Source: Takakia lepidozioides (lineage: Eukaryota > Plantae > Bryophyta). Taken from it: a stretch of 64,000 nt of DNA. Below, one piece after another: positions 12,575 to 24,400 of the stretch. The position numbers and the translations under genes are program-made. The notes beneath the pieces are model-generated. The model saw nothing but the letters and a program-made list of their open reading frames with translations. It did no database searches and was not told where the DNA came from. Every line of letters starts with the position of its first letter. Position 1 is the stretch's first letter. Where the stretch lies: assembly GCA_030704615.1 (NCBI GenBank), contig CM060732.1:18042001-18106000 (forward strand). Reading direction: 5' to 3'.

Positions 12575-14646
12575 GGGCGATCTTGGACTGGGAGCCTCCG
12601 ACTTCGGTCCCAGGAGTGCGATCCTTCTAGGACTCGCCTCCTATTACCGGAAGTATGTGAGAAATTTCGCCAAGATTGCGGGGCCGCTGTCAGACCTTCT
12701 GTGTAAATCTAAAGTCTGGGCATGGAACACCTTTTGTGGCCAAGCTTTTGCTGAATTGAAGCAGCGGATGGCGGAAGCTCCAGTCTTGAAAATCCCGGAG
12801 TTCGATCGTCCGTTCGAGATACATACAGATGCGTCGGACTTCGCGATTGGGGGTGTACTGATGCAAGATGGACGTCCAGTGGCTTACGAAAGTAAGAAAC
12901 TGAATGAAGTGGAGCGACGGTGGCCGACGCACGAGAAAGAGATGAAGGCGGTGGTGCATTGTCTTGAGCTTTGGCGCCACTATGTTGGTTCCAACCCAGT
13001 GAAGGTGTTAACGGACAATGTCACGGTGAAGTATTTTGCCACGCAGCCCAAGTTGTCCCCAAAACAACTTAGGTGGCAAGATACTTTGGCGGTGTTTCGA
13101 CGTGGATATCCAGTACAAACCGGGACGAGACAACGTGGTGGCCGATGCTTTAAGTAGAAAGCAGCAGCTCTTGTTGGTGTACGAGGGCGAGACGGCGCTC
13201 CAAAGGAAGATCCGGAAGGCTTGCCGGAAGGATGAGCTGGCAAAGTCCGTGATGCAGGACTTGAGGATGGGGGTAAATCGCAGTTCCACTTGCAAAATGG
13301 ACTGCTCCGGTATAAGCAAAACGTCTCTACGTGCCGAAGGGAGGGATCAGATATAGCCTCTTGAGAGAATGCCATGATAGCCCGCTTGCGGGCCACGGCG
13401 GAGCCAAGCGCACTGCGGCACTCTTGAAGAAAGAGTATTTTGGCCCAAACTGAGGGAGGAGGCAGAGGAGTATGTCAAGACATGCACCACATGCCAACAA
13501 AACCGGAGCGAGTACAAAAAGCAAGCGGGGCTGTTACAACCCTTGCCGATTCCAGAGGGGACTTGGGAAAGCGTCTCGATGGATTTCATGACTGCTATGC
13601 CGCTGTCAAAAGGATTCGATGCAATCATGGTGGTGGTGGATAGGTTCAGTAAAATGGGCCATTTCATCCCCACCAAGGAGACGGCAACGGCGCAGGAGAC
13701 AGGGCGACTTTACTTTGCCCACGTCTTAAAGCATCATGGAGTCCCGAAGGATATTGTTTCGGACCGCGATCCAAAGTTTACGAGTAAATTTTGGAGGGCA
13801 CTTTGGAAGAAGATGGGGACGAGGCTGAAGATGAGCACCGCCTTCCGACCTACGACCGACGGCCAAACAGAAAGAGTGAATTCCGTAGTGAAGCAAATCT
13901 TGCGGAATTACTTGTCGGCAGACCAAACAGACTGGGTGGAACACTTAGACGCGGCAGAGTTCTGTTATAATAACACAGAACACTCCGCAACGGGAATTTC
14001 CCCTTTCGTATTGGTCTATGGAAAAGCACCTCTGGTGCCGACAAGTTGGGCCGCCCAGGACGTTTGAGGAATCGGCAGTAGCGGCGGTACTGGAAGAACG
14101 CGAGCGTTTGTTGAAGCTCGCAAAGTACAATATTGCCAAAGCTAGGAAACGGTATGAAAGGCAGGCGAATCGGAAGCGGAGGGAAGTAAAGTTTGAGGCA
14201 GGCACGGAGGTCTGGTTGAACATCAAGAATTTCCGACTACCTCTGGAAGTGAGTCCAAAGTTCGTACCTCCGTATGCGGGACCCTTTCGCATTCGGAAGG
14301 TTATGAATGAGGATGTGTATGAATTGGAGCTGCCGGTAAACAGCAAGGTGCACCCAGTATTCCATGTCTCCTTTTGAAGCCTTATTTCAAAGATGAAGCG
14401 CGTCCGAATCGGCATCAAGTGTTGCGTCCGCCACCTATGCTGTTGGATCATGAAAATGAACCTGAGTACGAGGTGGAGACAATACTTAAGTCGAGGAGGT
14501 TCAAGAATCAATAAACGGAGTATCTCGTCAAATGGAAGGGCTATCATCATGTGGAGGCATCTTGGGTGCGTGCCTCAGAAATGGGAAACGCATCCGAGGC
14601 GGTTGCAGTTTTCGAAGGGCAACCTCAAAAGCAGAAGAAGCGTTGA
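12575..14646 (+). pseudogene. RNase H - integrase - chromodomain part of pol, broken by single-base frameshifts
   Basis: Motifs HTDASDFAIG, GH...CTTC, SMDF, VSDRD, TDGQTER and GPF. The chromodomain at 14461-14646 reads PEYEVETILKSRRFKNQ*TEYLVKWKGYHHVEASW. Confidence 0.9.
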
Positions 14647-15548
14647 TGGGGACATCAACCTTGGAGCGTGGGGGAGGAAATGCATGCTTAGCCCGGCTTA
14701 GCTAGCTCAGGAATCCGATTGCAAAAACTTGTATTGTACAAAATTTGTTATAAAGGAAATGGGTTCCAAATGTTGTGCGTCCTATTTTGTTTGGAATGGT
14801 GATGCATGGTGTGGTTGGCTAGTGTGTAGAATGCATGCTAGCTTACAAAAGTGGGAGAGGTAAATTGGGTTAATCATGTGTTTGCGCAGTGCCGAAATCG
14901 GGTGACTCCCTCCAAGAGGCAAGGAAACATGTGCCTTCTTTGGGAGTTCAGGTGCTAGTGCGCACCTGGCGCGTGCGCGTACTATAACTGCGCTACCGAG
15001 GGGTTGCCTTGTAGTGCGGGCTAACGCGGAAGCTACGTGCTTCCGTTCACGTACTATAATCGTGTAGCCTCGGGACGAAGTCGTAGTGCGGCTTCGACAT
15101 GTTCCCGTACCTCAGGCCAGCATTCCAAGACGGACCCAATTGTAGTGATTGGGGCGCACGGTTGGTTCAAGGTTATCTTCCTAGTCAAAGGGGGTTCGAG
15201 GTGAACCCTTGCGCAAGGTGATGCCAAAAGCGGCATCATGAGCGATCGCAAGCAATGTTGTTGCAGTAAGGCGATTCGATCCTCGGGGAGGATCGTTCCT
15301 TGGCCTTGAAGTAGGCCAAGAAGAGTGCACTGGGAGGAGCTGGAGAGGCTCCACCCTTGGCCGGGACTTGGAGGAAGTCGCCGAACTAGCTAGTGGAGAG
15401 TAGAGTCAAGTGTGGGGTTTGGTTCTTTGCCATGGGACGCCATGGTACGGAAATAAACTCCTTGATGTGGGACGCCACAACTTGGATGTTCGTTTCTACA
15501 AAATGGACAAGTCGATGAGGACATCGACTCCCTGTTGGTAGGGGTGTG

Positions 15549-16254
15549 TGTCGCGGCCCTTTGCCTTGAGGGCAGGGGGTCGGGACACACGAGGGGCTGC
15601 CCTTGTGGTGGGGGCAGCGGCAGCGATAGGTATGGGGGGGCTGAAACACCCTTGAGTGCCCAAGGCACTCAGGAAAGCGGAGGCGCTCACTAGGTGGAGC
15701 CCCGCACACCGGGTTGCGGTGGGGGTGGCTCCACAAGGGGTGGTGGTAGCTTAGCGGGACTTAGTGGGGGTGGCATAGGACTCACCATGGGGGCGGAGAC
15801 CTCGTGGTGGGAGTCGTGGGGAGTCTTGAGACTCATCACGGTCCATAGGGGCCGTGGTGACTGGGCCAAGACTCATCGCGACTCATCACTGGGAGTCGAG
15901 GGTTTTCGTGGTGGTTCGCCATAAAATGGCATGGCTGGTTGTGAAACCCCCGCGGACAGCTACAGAAGTATATATAAGGGGAGTAGTGACCCTGAGAACG
16001 GTGCAAGCCCGTTGGTGACCAAAAATTAGTGAGTAACCGAGCGAGCCGGAAAGCGACCAAAGAGTGGGGAGCTGTTCCGGACTGCCATCTACCAAAGGGA
16101 ATTCCACCAGGCCCAAATAGGTGGAGGGTTTAGTGGGAAGCAAAGGGGGACCGTTATGTCCCGGTGAGCAGCCGAAGCTCCAAGTTGGCCCGGGGCCAGG
16201 TTGGGAGTCAGGCGCGCGCATCAAAGCGAGTAACTATGAGTGAGGTGCGCGACA
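15549..16254 (+). repeat. 3' LTR (706 bp)
   Basis: Matches the 5' LTR apart from ~16 substitutions (counted by eye) and a 21-bp deletion near the 3' end. Confidence 0.95.
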
Positions 16255-16520
16255 TCCGCGCTCCGAATTACCTGCATGACGGAAATTTTGTACCTGGCGG
16301 ATGGAATTCATGCGCCGGATTTCCATCCATCCGCTCACAAGTAACCTACATGACAGAAATTTGCAGCGCCGACTTACCTGGAGGATGGAAATCCGGCGCC
16401 GGATTTTCATCCATCCACTCTTCGAATTACCTGCATGACGGAAATTTTGCGCGCCGACTTACCTGGCAGATGGAAATCCGGCGCCGGATTTCCATCCATC
16501 CGCTCTTCGAATTACCTGCA
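16255..16520. repeat. Satellite C, right part
   Basis: Same unit as 8640-9305, resuming after the TSD. Confidence 0.9.
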
Positions 16521-16524
16521 TGAC

Positions 16525-17715
16525 TGGAAAAATGGCGCCGAATTTCCGATTTTGGTGCCAGTCAGATCTAGGACTTAGCCATTTTCGGCCCCGAAATGGA
16601 AAAGTGGCGCCGGGAAAAAAAAAAAAAAAAAAAAAACGCCATTTTTCCAGTTCGGGGCCGAAAATGGCTAAGTCCCAGATCTGACTCGCACCAAAATCGG
16701 AAATTCAGCGCCATTTTTCCAGTTCAGGGCCCCGAAAATGGCTAAGTCCCTACGGTGGCTGGAACCGCAACTGGAAATTTGGCACCATTTTTCCAGTTCC
16801 GCGCCCTATCAGATCTAGGACTTAGCCATTTTCGGCCCCGAACTGGAAAATGGCGCCGAGAAAAAAAAAAACGCCATTTTTCCAGTTTGGAGCCGAAAAT
16901 GGCTAAGTCCCAGATCTGACTGGCACCAAAATCGGAAATTCGGCGCCATTTTTCCAGTTCCGGGCCCAGTCAGATCTGGGACTTAGCCATTTTCGGCCCC
17001 GAAATGGAAAAATGGTGCCATTTTTCCAGTTTAAGGCCCCGAAAATGGCTAAGTCCCTAGGGTGGCTGGAACCGCAACCGGAAATTCGGCGCCATTTTTC
17101 CAGTTCCGCGCCCTGTCAGATCTGGGACTTAGCCATTTTTGGCCCCGAACTGGAAAAATGGCTAAGTCCTTAGGGTGGCTGGCAGCAAAATCGGAAATTC
17201 GGCGCCATTTTTTCAGTTCCGGGCCCAGTCAGATCTGGGACTTAGCCATTTTCAGCCCCGAACTAGAAAAATGGCGACGAAAGAAAAAAAAAGAAAAAAA
17301 AAAATGCCATTTTTCCAGTTCACGGCCCCGAAAATGGCTAAGTCCCTAGGGTGGCTGGAACCGCAACCGGAAATTCGGCGCCATTTTTCCAGTTCCGCGC
17401 CCCGTCAGATCTGGGACTTAGCCATTTTTGGCCCCGAACTGGAAAAATGGCTAAGTCCTAGGGTGGCTGGCAGCAAAATCGGAAATTCGGCGCCATTTTT
17501 CCAGTTCCGGGCCCAGTCAGATCTGGGACTTAGCCATTTTCAGCCCCGAAATGGAAAAATGGCGCCATTTTTCCAGTTCAGGGCCCCGAAAATGGCTAAG
17601 TCCCTAGGGTGGCTGGAACCGCAACCGGAAATTTGGCGCCATTTTTCTAGTTCCGCGCCCAGTCAGTTCTGGGACTTAGCTACTTTCGGGCCCAACCTAG
17701 GAAAATGGTGCCGAA
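16525..17715. repeat. Satellite A array with poly-A tracts
   Basis: Same modules as 1-470, in both orientations. Confidence 0.92.
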
Positions 17716-18232
17716 AATGGTTTACGAGTGAGTGGTCGCATTGTAAGTTGTCTCCTGATTTTGTGAGGCACCTCCCTCGCTCTTTTATTTCATTGAAAGA
17801 CCGTTTCTGCTTCTGCTGGTATTGACATTCTTCAAGTGGATTTGTTCTTACTGTAGGATGCCAAGTACTGTAGGAGAGACGTCTACACCGCAGTTCATGG
17901 GCAGGAGGAACGTGCATTTTTTTGCCAGAGGGGATTTCATGCCTAGTCCAGAAAGGGACTACATCCTTCCTACTTATGTTGCCCGGCTTGCTTCGGTGTC
18001 CATTAGGAGGTGTTCCGAACCTAGTCGTGTACAGCAGATTTTAGACGAGGCAAGCCTCAAGAAAATGAAGATGAGGGAGGAGGCAGCAGCTATTAGAGCC
18101 CGTGAGGCTCGTAGATTTGTCTTGGATTCAGCTGAGGAAAGTGGGGGAGAAGATGCAGAAGATTCCGAGGAGGTGAGGTGGACAGTCCCCCAAGAGGACG
18201 GGATTTTTGAGAGGCATAGTGGAACTGATGCA
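17716..18232 (+). repeat. Duplicate of ~472-988 (unknown ORF), truncated
   Basis: Near-identical to the first copy up to GGAACTGATGCA. Confidence 0.9.
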
Positions 18233-18467
18233 CCGAAGTGAGGTGCGCGACACTTGGTATCAGAGCTTAGAGTTCAGTAAGTGGTCGACCTCATCATGGG
18301 GTCGGGCAAGCCAGAGCGAAAGCGGAACGGCCCGAAAGATGATGATCCTGGTGAGCCCGATGGGGGCGACGTGTCACCAAAGCGGCCATTTGAGGAAGCG
18401 ATGCATGCTCTTGAAAGCGAGACCGCTCAAGGACGGGAGGAATCTGAGGAGTCAGAGCCCGAGGAAT
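18232..18467 (+). mobile_element. Last 21 bp of a chromovirus LTR, iMet PBS and start of gag
   Basis: ACCGAAGTGAGGTGCGCGACA-CT-TGGTATCAGAGC, then gag MGSGKPERKRNG from 18296. Confidence 0.9.
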
Positions 18468-20780
18468 TCCGGATAGGATTCTCGCGGGGCTAGACTTTGT
18501 CCGGTGTTACATTGATGACATCATCGTCTTTAGTGCTACGGTTGAGGAGCATGAGAGACACCTTCAGGTGGTGTTTGAGCGCTTGAGAGCGCATGGGTTG
18601 AAATTGCACCCTGGGAAGTGCAAGTTCTTCCAGAACCAGATTGAGTATCTAGGCCACATGATATACCCTGGAGGATTGGGTGTTCAAAAGACGAAGGTAG
18701 AGGCCATTGCACGCATTCCACGCCCCATAGATGTTAGCAGAGTTCGTGCTTTCATGGGGTTGGCAAACTACTATCGACGGTTTGTCAAGGGATTTAGCAG
18801 CATTGCAAAGGCTCTTACCAAGTTGACCAAGGTGGGTCAGGAGTGGCAGTGGAGGAGGAGCAGGAGGAAGCCTTTGAGGAACTCAAGGCTCAATTGACTT
18901 CTGCACCTATTCTGAGGCGGCCTATTCAGGGGCGGTCTTTCCAGCTACATACGGATTGGAGTATGCTGGGAATTGGAGTAGTGCTCACACAGGTGGATGA
19001 TGAGGGAAGAGAGTTCGTAGTGGCATATGCTAGCCGCTCGAACAATGATGCCGAGGCAAAGTATAGCTCATATGAAGGGGAGTGTCTAGCTGTGGTATGG
19101 GCAGTGGCACATTTCAGATGCTACCTCTATGGCAACCTCTTCACCCTTGTCACGGATCACCAACCATTGAAGTGATTGATGGAGTCAGACAAGCTTACAG
19201 GGAAGCTTGCACGGTGGGCACTTATGCTTCAAGAGTACGACTTCCAGGTGGTGCATCGAGCCGGTATAGTCAATCGGGATGCAGATGGGTTGAGTCGTAA
19301 TCCATGCACGAGCGAGCATGATGATACTGGAGCTCGGTGGCATGGTGAGACGGATGAGGAGATGGTGCCAGGATGGCATGCATCTGCCTTTTTGTGCATC
19401 CTAGCAATGGGAGCTCAAGCTGGTCCATCCCATAGCATTGGTCATGTAGATGGTGTGCATGACGATCCGGAGATCAGTGAGGAGCTTGGTGGTGCTAAGG
19501 ATGTGCATGAAGATGCAGCAGTGTTGGCCTACCTTCGTACAGGAGAGACAACAGCCAGTGTGACTGCTAAGGAGAGAGATCGGATCCTACAACGAGCCAA
19601 GAGGTGCAAGTGGGAGGGGACTCACCTACTCCGAGTATGGGAGGATGGACGAGTGAGGATTGTGCCTCATCCAACACAACGAGCGCGATTGGTACGCCAT
19701 GCCCATGAGGAATTGGGACATTTTGGGGTGCGGCACACTCATAGTTTGCTGCAAGGACGGTACTAGTGGCGGGGCATGCACACGGATGTGCAACAGTTAG
19801 TGGCAAGGTGCATGGTGTGTGATAGAGTGCGGGCTTCTTTAAATGCACCTACTCCACAATTGCATCCTTTACCCATTATGGGTTTGGGTTATCGTTGGAG
19901 TCTTGACTTCGCAGGCCCATTGCCACTAACGATTCGCCATAACAAGTATATGTTGGTGATGGTGGAACATTTCTCATTGCCTAACAAGGCAAGTGAGGGG
20001 GTTGCTTATGCATTTTTAGATCGAGTGCTTAGCCAATTTGGTGCTCCAGCCGTTGTACTCACGGACCAGGGGAGAGAGTTCTTGGGGGAGTTTCAGGCTT
20101 TGTGTGAGCAAGCCTTGATAGATCACCGCACTACTTCTCAGGATCATCCCGAGGCTGATGGCCTGGCAGAGAGGGTTGTACAAACAGTCAAGCGAGGCTT
20201 GCGCAAGTATGGCTTGCAGAAGGGACACTTAGGAGATTGGGACCTTCAGCTACCTTGGGTGGCCATGGGCTACAGGTTTAGCAAACAAGCATCTCTTGCC
20301 TCGTTCTCGCCTTATTTCCTTCTCTTTGGCCGAGAGCCAGATTTGCCTGCATCTATTCGCAGGGAGACTGCAGTAGTCCTCAACCTTGATGATCCGGATG
20401 TATTGACACAAGCATGTGCCCAGCGGGCAGAGTTGTTCAAGAGAGTCATGCCTATGGCTTTTGAGAACCTTGCTATTGCCCAACACTGAGACACATTGAG
20501 GTACGCCACTATACGTGGAGGGGGATATCGGCCAGGTGTTCGGCGTTTCCACCCTGGGGACTATGTGTATCTGCAGCAAACAGCGCCTACGACTTTGGAT
20601 GTCACAGCAGGGCGTGTGATTCTAAGGGTCCGGGAGGTGTTGCCTTCAGGAATGTTGATTCTGGAGGGTCGAGATGGCATGGTATGGAAGGACCATGTGC
20701 GCAATTGTGCGCCATTTCACCTTCCACATGTGGATGGGAGGATAGATCCCAACCTTGCAGTGGTACCTGCAGGGTTGCGT

Positions 20781-20930
20781 TGCATGCTATGTGGGCATGC
20801 TGGTGGTGCCGCAACCATGTTGGTGTGTGACAAATGCTCAAGGAGGTGACACATTGGATGCTTGACACCGCCACTTGAGGAGGTTTCTAGTGGAGAATGG
20901 TTGTGTCCACGATGCCTTGGCCATAGGTAG
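20781..20930 (+). other. PHD finger (C4HC3) at the integrase C-terminus
   Basis: Translates CMLCGHAGGAATMLVCDKCSRR*HIGCLTPPLEEVSSGEWLCPRCLGHR*. The internal TGA sits where a Trp (TGG) is expected. Confidence 0.85.
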
Positions 20931-21188
20931 TGGGCATGACAATGGTGTAGTTGACAAGTGATCCAAGGTCTAGCTGGTGGGAGCTCAACGCCATGGATAC
21001 TCAATTGAAGATCATGGATTGCAAGCAGGCGACTAATGATGGGGCTCTCGTTGCACCCGGCCTCTTGATCCATATACTTTAGAAAATTGGGACATGTACG
21101 ATTGAAGACCAAGCGATGATCTTATTGAGATTGATACTTGTCAGCTATCCGGTGTTAGAGGGACCTAATCACCAGCTAGGGGGGAGAT

Positions 21189-21716
21189 TGTGGCATAGTT
21201 TTCTAGGATTGTGTGCTTAGAATGTATGGTAGACAACGATGTATGTTGTGGCACGATGCTTAGGTGCACGACAGCTGTCATGGTTTTAGTCATGGTTAAC
21301 TACTTCTAGTTAACTAGGACATTTTGGATATTTATATTTGTATTTTGTGTGTTGGAACTTCATTTGGTCTCACATGCCAAGTGAGGTGTCAAACCTCACT
21401 TGGGACATGGGGATGGGTTTTCCCTTGTGAGTGTTGAGGAGGGCTCATCTTCTTGTAGTTGAGCCTCCATGAGCCTCTCCCACCTCCATAGCTCTAGGTA
21501 TTGAGAAGGAGTGTGGTGAGGGCTTTGTAGGGTGGATTCCTTTAGCAAAGGTGCCCTTGGCTTGACTTAGTTTATATGATTGAGTGGATTCATGAGTGGA
21601 GTGTTTCCATTGTGTTCACTTTCATTATCATTGTGGCATAGTTTTCTAGGATTGTGTGCTTAGAATGTATGGTAGACAACGATGTATGTTGTGGCACGAT
21701 GCTTAGGTACACGACA
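21189..21716 (+). repeat. LTR region with an 85-bp direct repeat at both ends (21189-21273 and 21632-21716)
   Basis: Follows the PPT. The two 85-bp blocks differ at about one base. PPR sequence starts right after 21716. Confidence 0.75.
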
Positions 21717-24400
21717 ATTCTATTGAACACTTGGTGAGCATCCATGATGCTCCCGAACATAACATACATGTTGACAAGGTTGTTGAGTAGAAAAATATTT
21801 GGCATGCACTTTGGATAATGTGAGTGTGCACCTGCTTTCTAGCTTCAAGGCCTTTCATCTTGATGCACTTATGCAAGAGACAGACATACATATCTGAATT
21901 TGTTGAAATGCCTCCTTGGTTTAAAGTCAGTAGAGCCTCTTTCAGTCTGCCTGCCTCACAAAACATCTTCACATGCCCATAAGTGCCAGAAGAGGCATTG
22001 TGGACTCCCTCTCTTGATCCTCTTCCAGAAGTTGTGGTCATGGTTGAGGTGCCTGACTTTATCAACTATGCCGCTGCAGCTGCTGCCTTTGGCGATGCAA
22101 CCATGCACCTCCTTGCATCTGATAATCTGACAAGCATTCACCTTGGTACATTTCTAGCTCTGAAGATGTCGCCATGTGGACCTCTTTCCCCTTTTCCAAA
22201 GCTGCCAGGGAAGTGTTCATATTGACATTTGGTACAATTCTAGCTTTGATGATATCCCCATGCACCTCTTTGCCCTTCTCCAGGCCGGCTGCCAGGCTTG
22301 CACAAGCACTGCAAATGCACACAAACATGATGTGTTTCCCCCATCATTTGCTCATAGCTCTCCAAAGCCTCCATTCCACATCCCTGCTGTGCATACCCTA
22401 CAAGCACATCATATCGCACTCCATGACACCACATGTCGTTCAGCCATAGTGTCGAACATTCCCTTTGCATCCTAGATGCACCCACATTTTGCAAACATGT
22501 CCACCAGGGTATTGTTCAGAATGTCATCTGGTACAATTCCAGCTCTGAAGATGTCGCCATGCACCTCTTTCCCCATTTCCAAAGCTGCCAGGGCAGTGTT
22601 CAGATTGACATTTGGCACAATTCCAGCTTTGATGATATCCCTATGCACCTCTTTGCCCTTCTCCAGGGCTGTTAGGCTTGCACGCACATTGCAAATGCAC
22701 ACAAACATGATGTGCTTCCCCCATCATTTGCTCATAGCTCTCCAAAGCCTCCATCCCACGTCCTTGCCGTGCATACCCTGCAAGCATCGCACTCCACGAC
22801 ACCACATCTCGTTCAGCCATAGTGTCAAACACTCCATTTTGCATCCTAGATGCACCCACATTTTGCAAAATTGTTCACCAGGGTATTGTTCAAAATGACA
22901 TCTGATACAATTCCAGCTCTGAAGATGACGCCATGGACCTCTTTCCCCTTTTCCAAAGCTGCCAAGGCAGTGTTCAAATTGACATTTGGCACAATTCCAG
23001 CTTTGATGATATCCCCATGCACCTCTTGCCCTTCTCCAGGGCTGCCAGGCTTGCACAAGCATTGCAAATGCACACAAACATGATGTGCTTCCCCCATCCT
23101 TTGCTCATAGGTCTCCAAAGCCTCCATCCCACGTCCCGGCCGTGCATACCCTGCAAGCATCGCACTCCACAACACCACATCTCGTTCAACCATAGTGTCG
23201 AACACTCCCTTTGCATCCTAGATGCACCCACATTTTGCATACATGTCCACCAAGGTATGGTTCAGAATGACATTTGGTACAATTCTAGCTCTGAAGATGT
23301 CGCCATGGACCTCTTTCCCCTTTTCCAGAGCTGCCAGGGCAGTGTTCATAATGACATTTGGTACAATTCCAGCTTTCATGATAGCCGATGCACCTCTTTG
23401 CCCTTGTCCAGGGCTCAATGCACCCACATTTTGCATACATGTCCACCAGGATATGGTTCAGAATGACATTTGGTACAATTCTAGCTCTGAAGATGTCGCC
23501 ATGGACCTCTTTCCCCTTTTCCAGAGCTGCCAAGGCAATGTTCAGAATGACATTTGGTACAATTCCAGCTTTGATGATACCCCATGCACCTCTTTGCCCT
23601 TGTCCAGGCTCGATGCACCCACATTTTGCATACATTTCCACTAGGGTATGGTTCAGAATGACATTTGGTACAATTCCAGCTCTGAAGATGTCGCCATGGA
23701 CCTCTTTCCCCTTTTCTAGAGCTGCCAAGGCAGTGTTCAGAATGACATTTGGTACAATTCCAGCTTTGATGATATCCCCATGCACCTCTTTGCCCTTGTC
23801 CAGGCTCGATGCACCCACATTTTGCATACATTTCCACCAGCCTATGGTTCAGAATGACATTTGGTACAATTCCAGCTCTGAAGATGTCGCCATGGGCTTT
23901 CCCCTTTTCCAGAGCTGCCAGGGCAGTGTTCAGAATGACATTTGGTACAATTCCAGCTTTGATGATATCCCCATGCACCTTTTTGCCCTTGTCCAGGGCT
24001 GCCAGGCTTGCACAAGCATTGCAAATGCACACAAAGTGGTCGGGCTTCACCCCCTCCCCCATCATTTGATCATAGGTCTCCAAAGCATCCATCCCACGTC
24101 CCTGTTGTGCATACCCTGCAAGCATCGCACTCCACAACACCACATCTCGTTTAGCCATAGTGTCGAAAACTCCCTTTGCATCCTCAATGCATCCACATTT
24201 GGCATACATGTCAAGGTCAGGGCAATGTTTAGAATGACATCTGGTGCAATTCCAGCTTTGACCGATGTCACCATGGACCTCGTTCCCCTTTCCAGGCTTG
24301 CACACGCAGTGCAAACACATACAAACACGATGTGGTTGGGCTTCACCTTTCATGCATCATTTGCTCACAGGTCTCCAAAGCATTCGTACCACGCCCATGC
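21717..24400 (-). pseudogene. PLS-class PPR pseudogene(s) with internal tandem amplification
   Basis: Repeated ALEKGKEVHGDIIKAGIVPNVILN / LVDMYAKCGCIEDA / RDVVLWSAMLAGYA motifs with many frameshifts. Repeat periods are ~370 bp and ~196 bp. Confidence 0.9.

Larger units (their letters stand above)
9306..16254 (+). mobile_element. Full-length Ty3/gypsy chromovirus LTR retrotransposon (Galadriel-like)
   Basis: Paired LTRs TGTCGCG...CGCGACA; 5-bp TSD TCCGC at 9301-9305 and 16255-16259; iMet PBS; domain order gag-PR-RT-RH-IN-chromodomain. The clade name is inferred from the RH motif TDASDFAIGGVLMQDG. Confidence 0.96.
5572..18231. mobile_element. Putative TIR (Mutator/foldback-like) element carrying satellite arrays; interrupted by the LTR element at 9306-16254 and truncated on the right
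   Basis: The left end GGTTAGCTATTTCATGAGCATGAGCGGCATGAGCGG is inverted relative to 1251-1286. The latter closes a paralogous copy of this element's right arm (1-988 matches ~16957-18232). Confidence 0.45.
18468..21716 (+). mobile_element. 5'-truncated Ty3/gypsy element: RT C-half, RNase H, integrase, C-terminal PHD finger, PPT and LTR
   Basis: RT YIDD at ~18507; RH LHTDWS and YEGE; integrase GHFG..CMVC, WSLDFAGP, LTDQG and DGLAER; PHD at 20781-20930; PPT AGGGGGGAGA at 21178-21187; LTR starts TGTGGCA at 21189. Confidence 0.9.
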
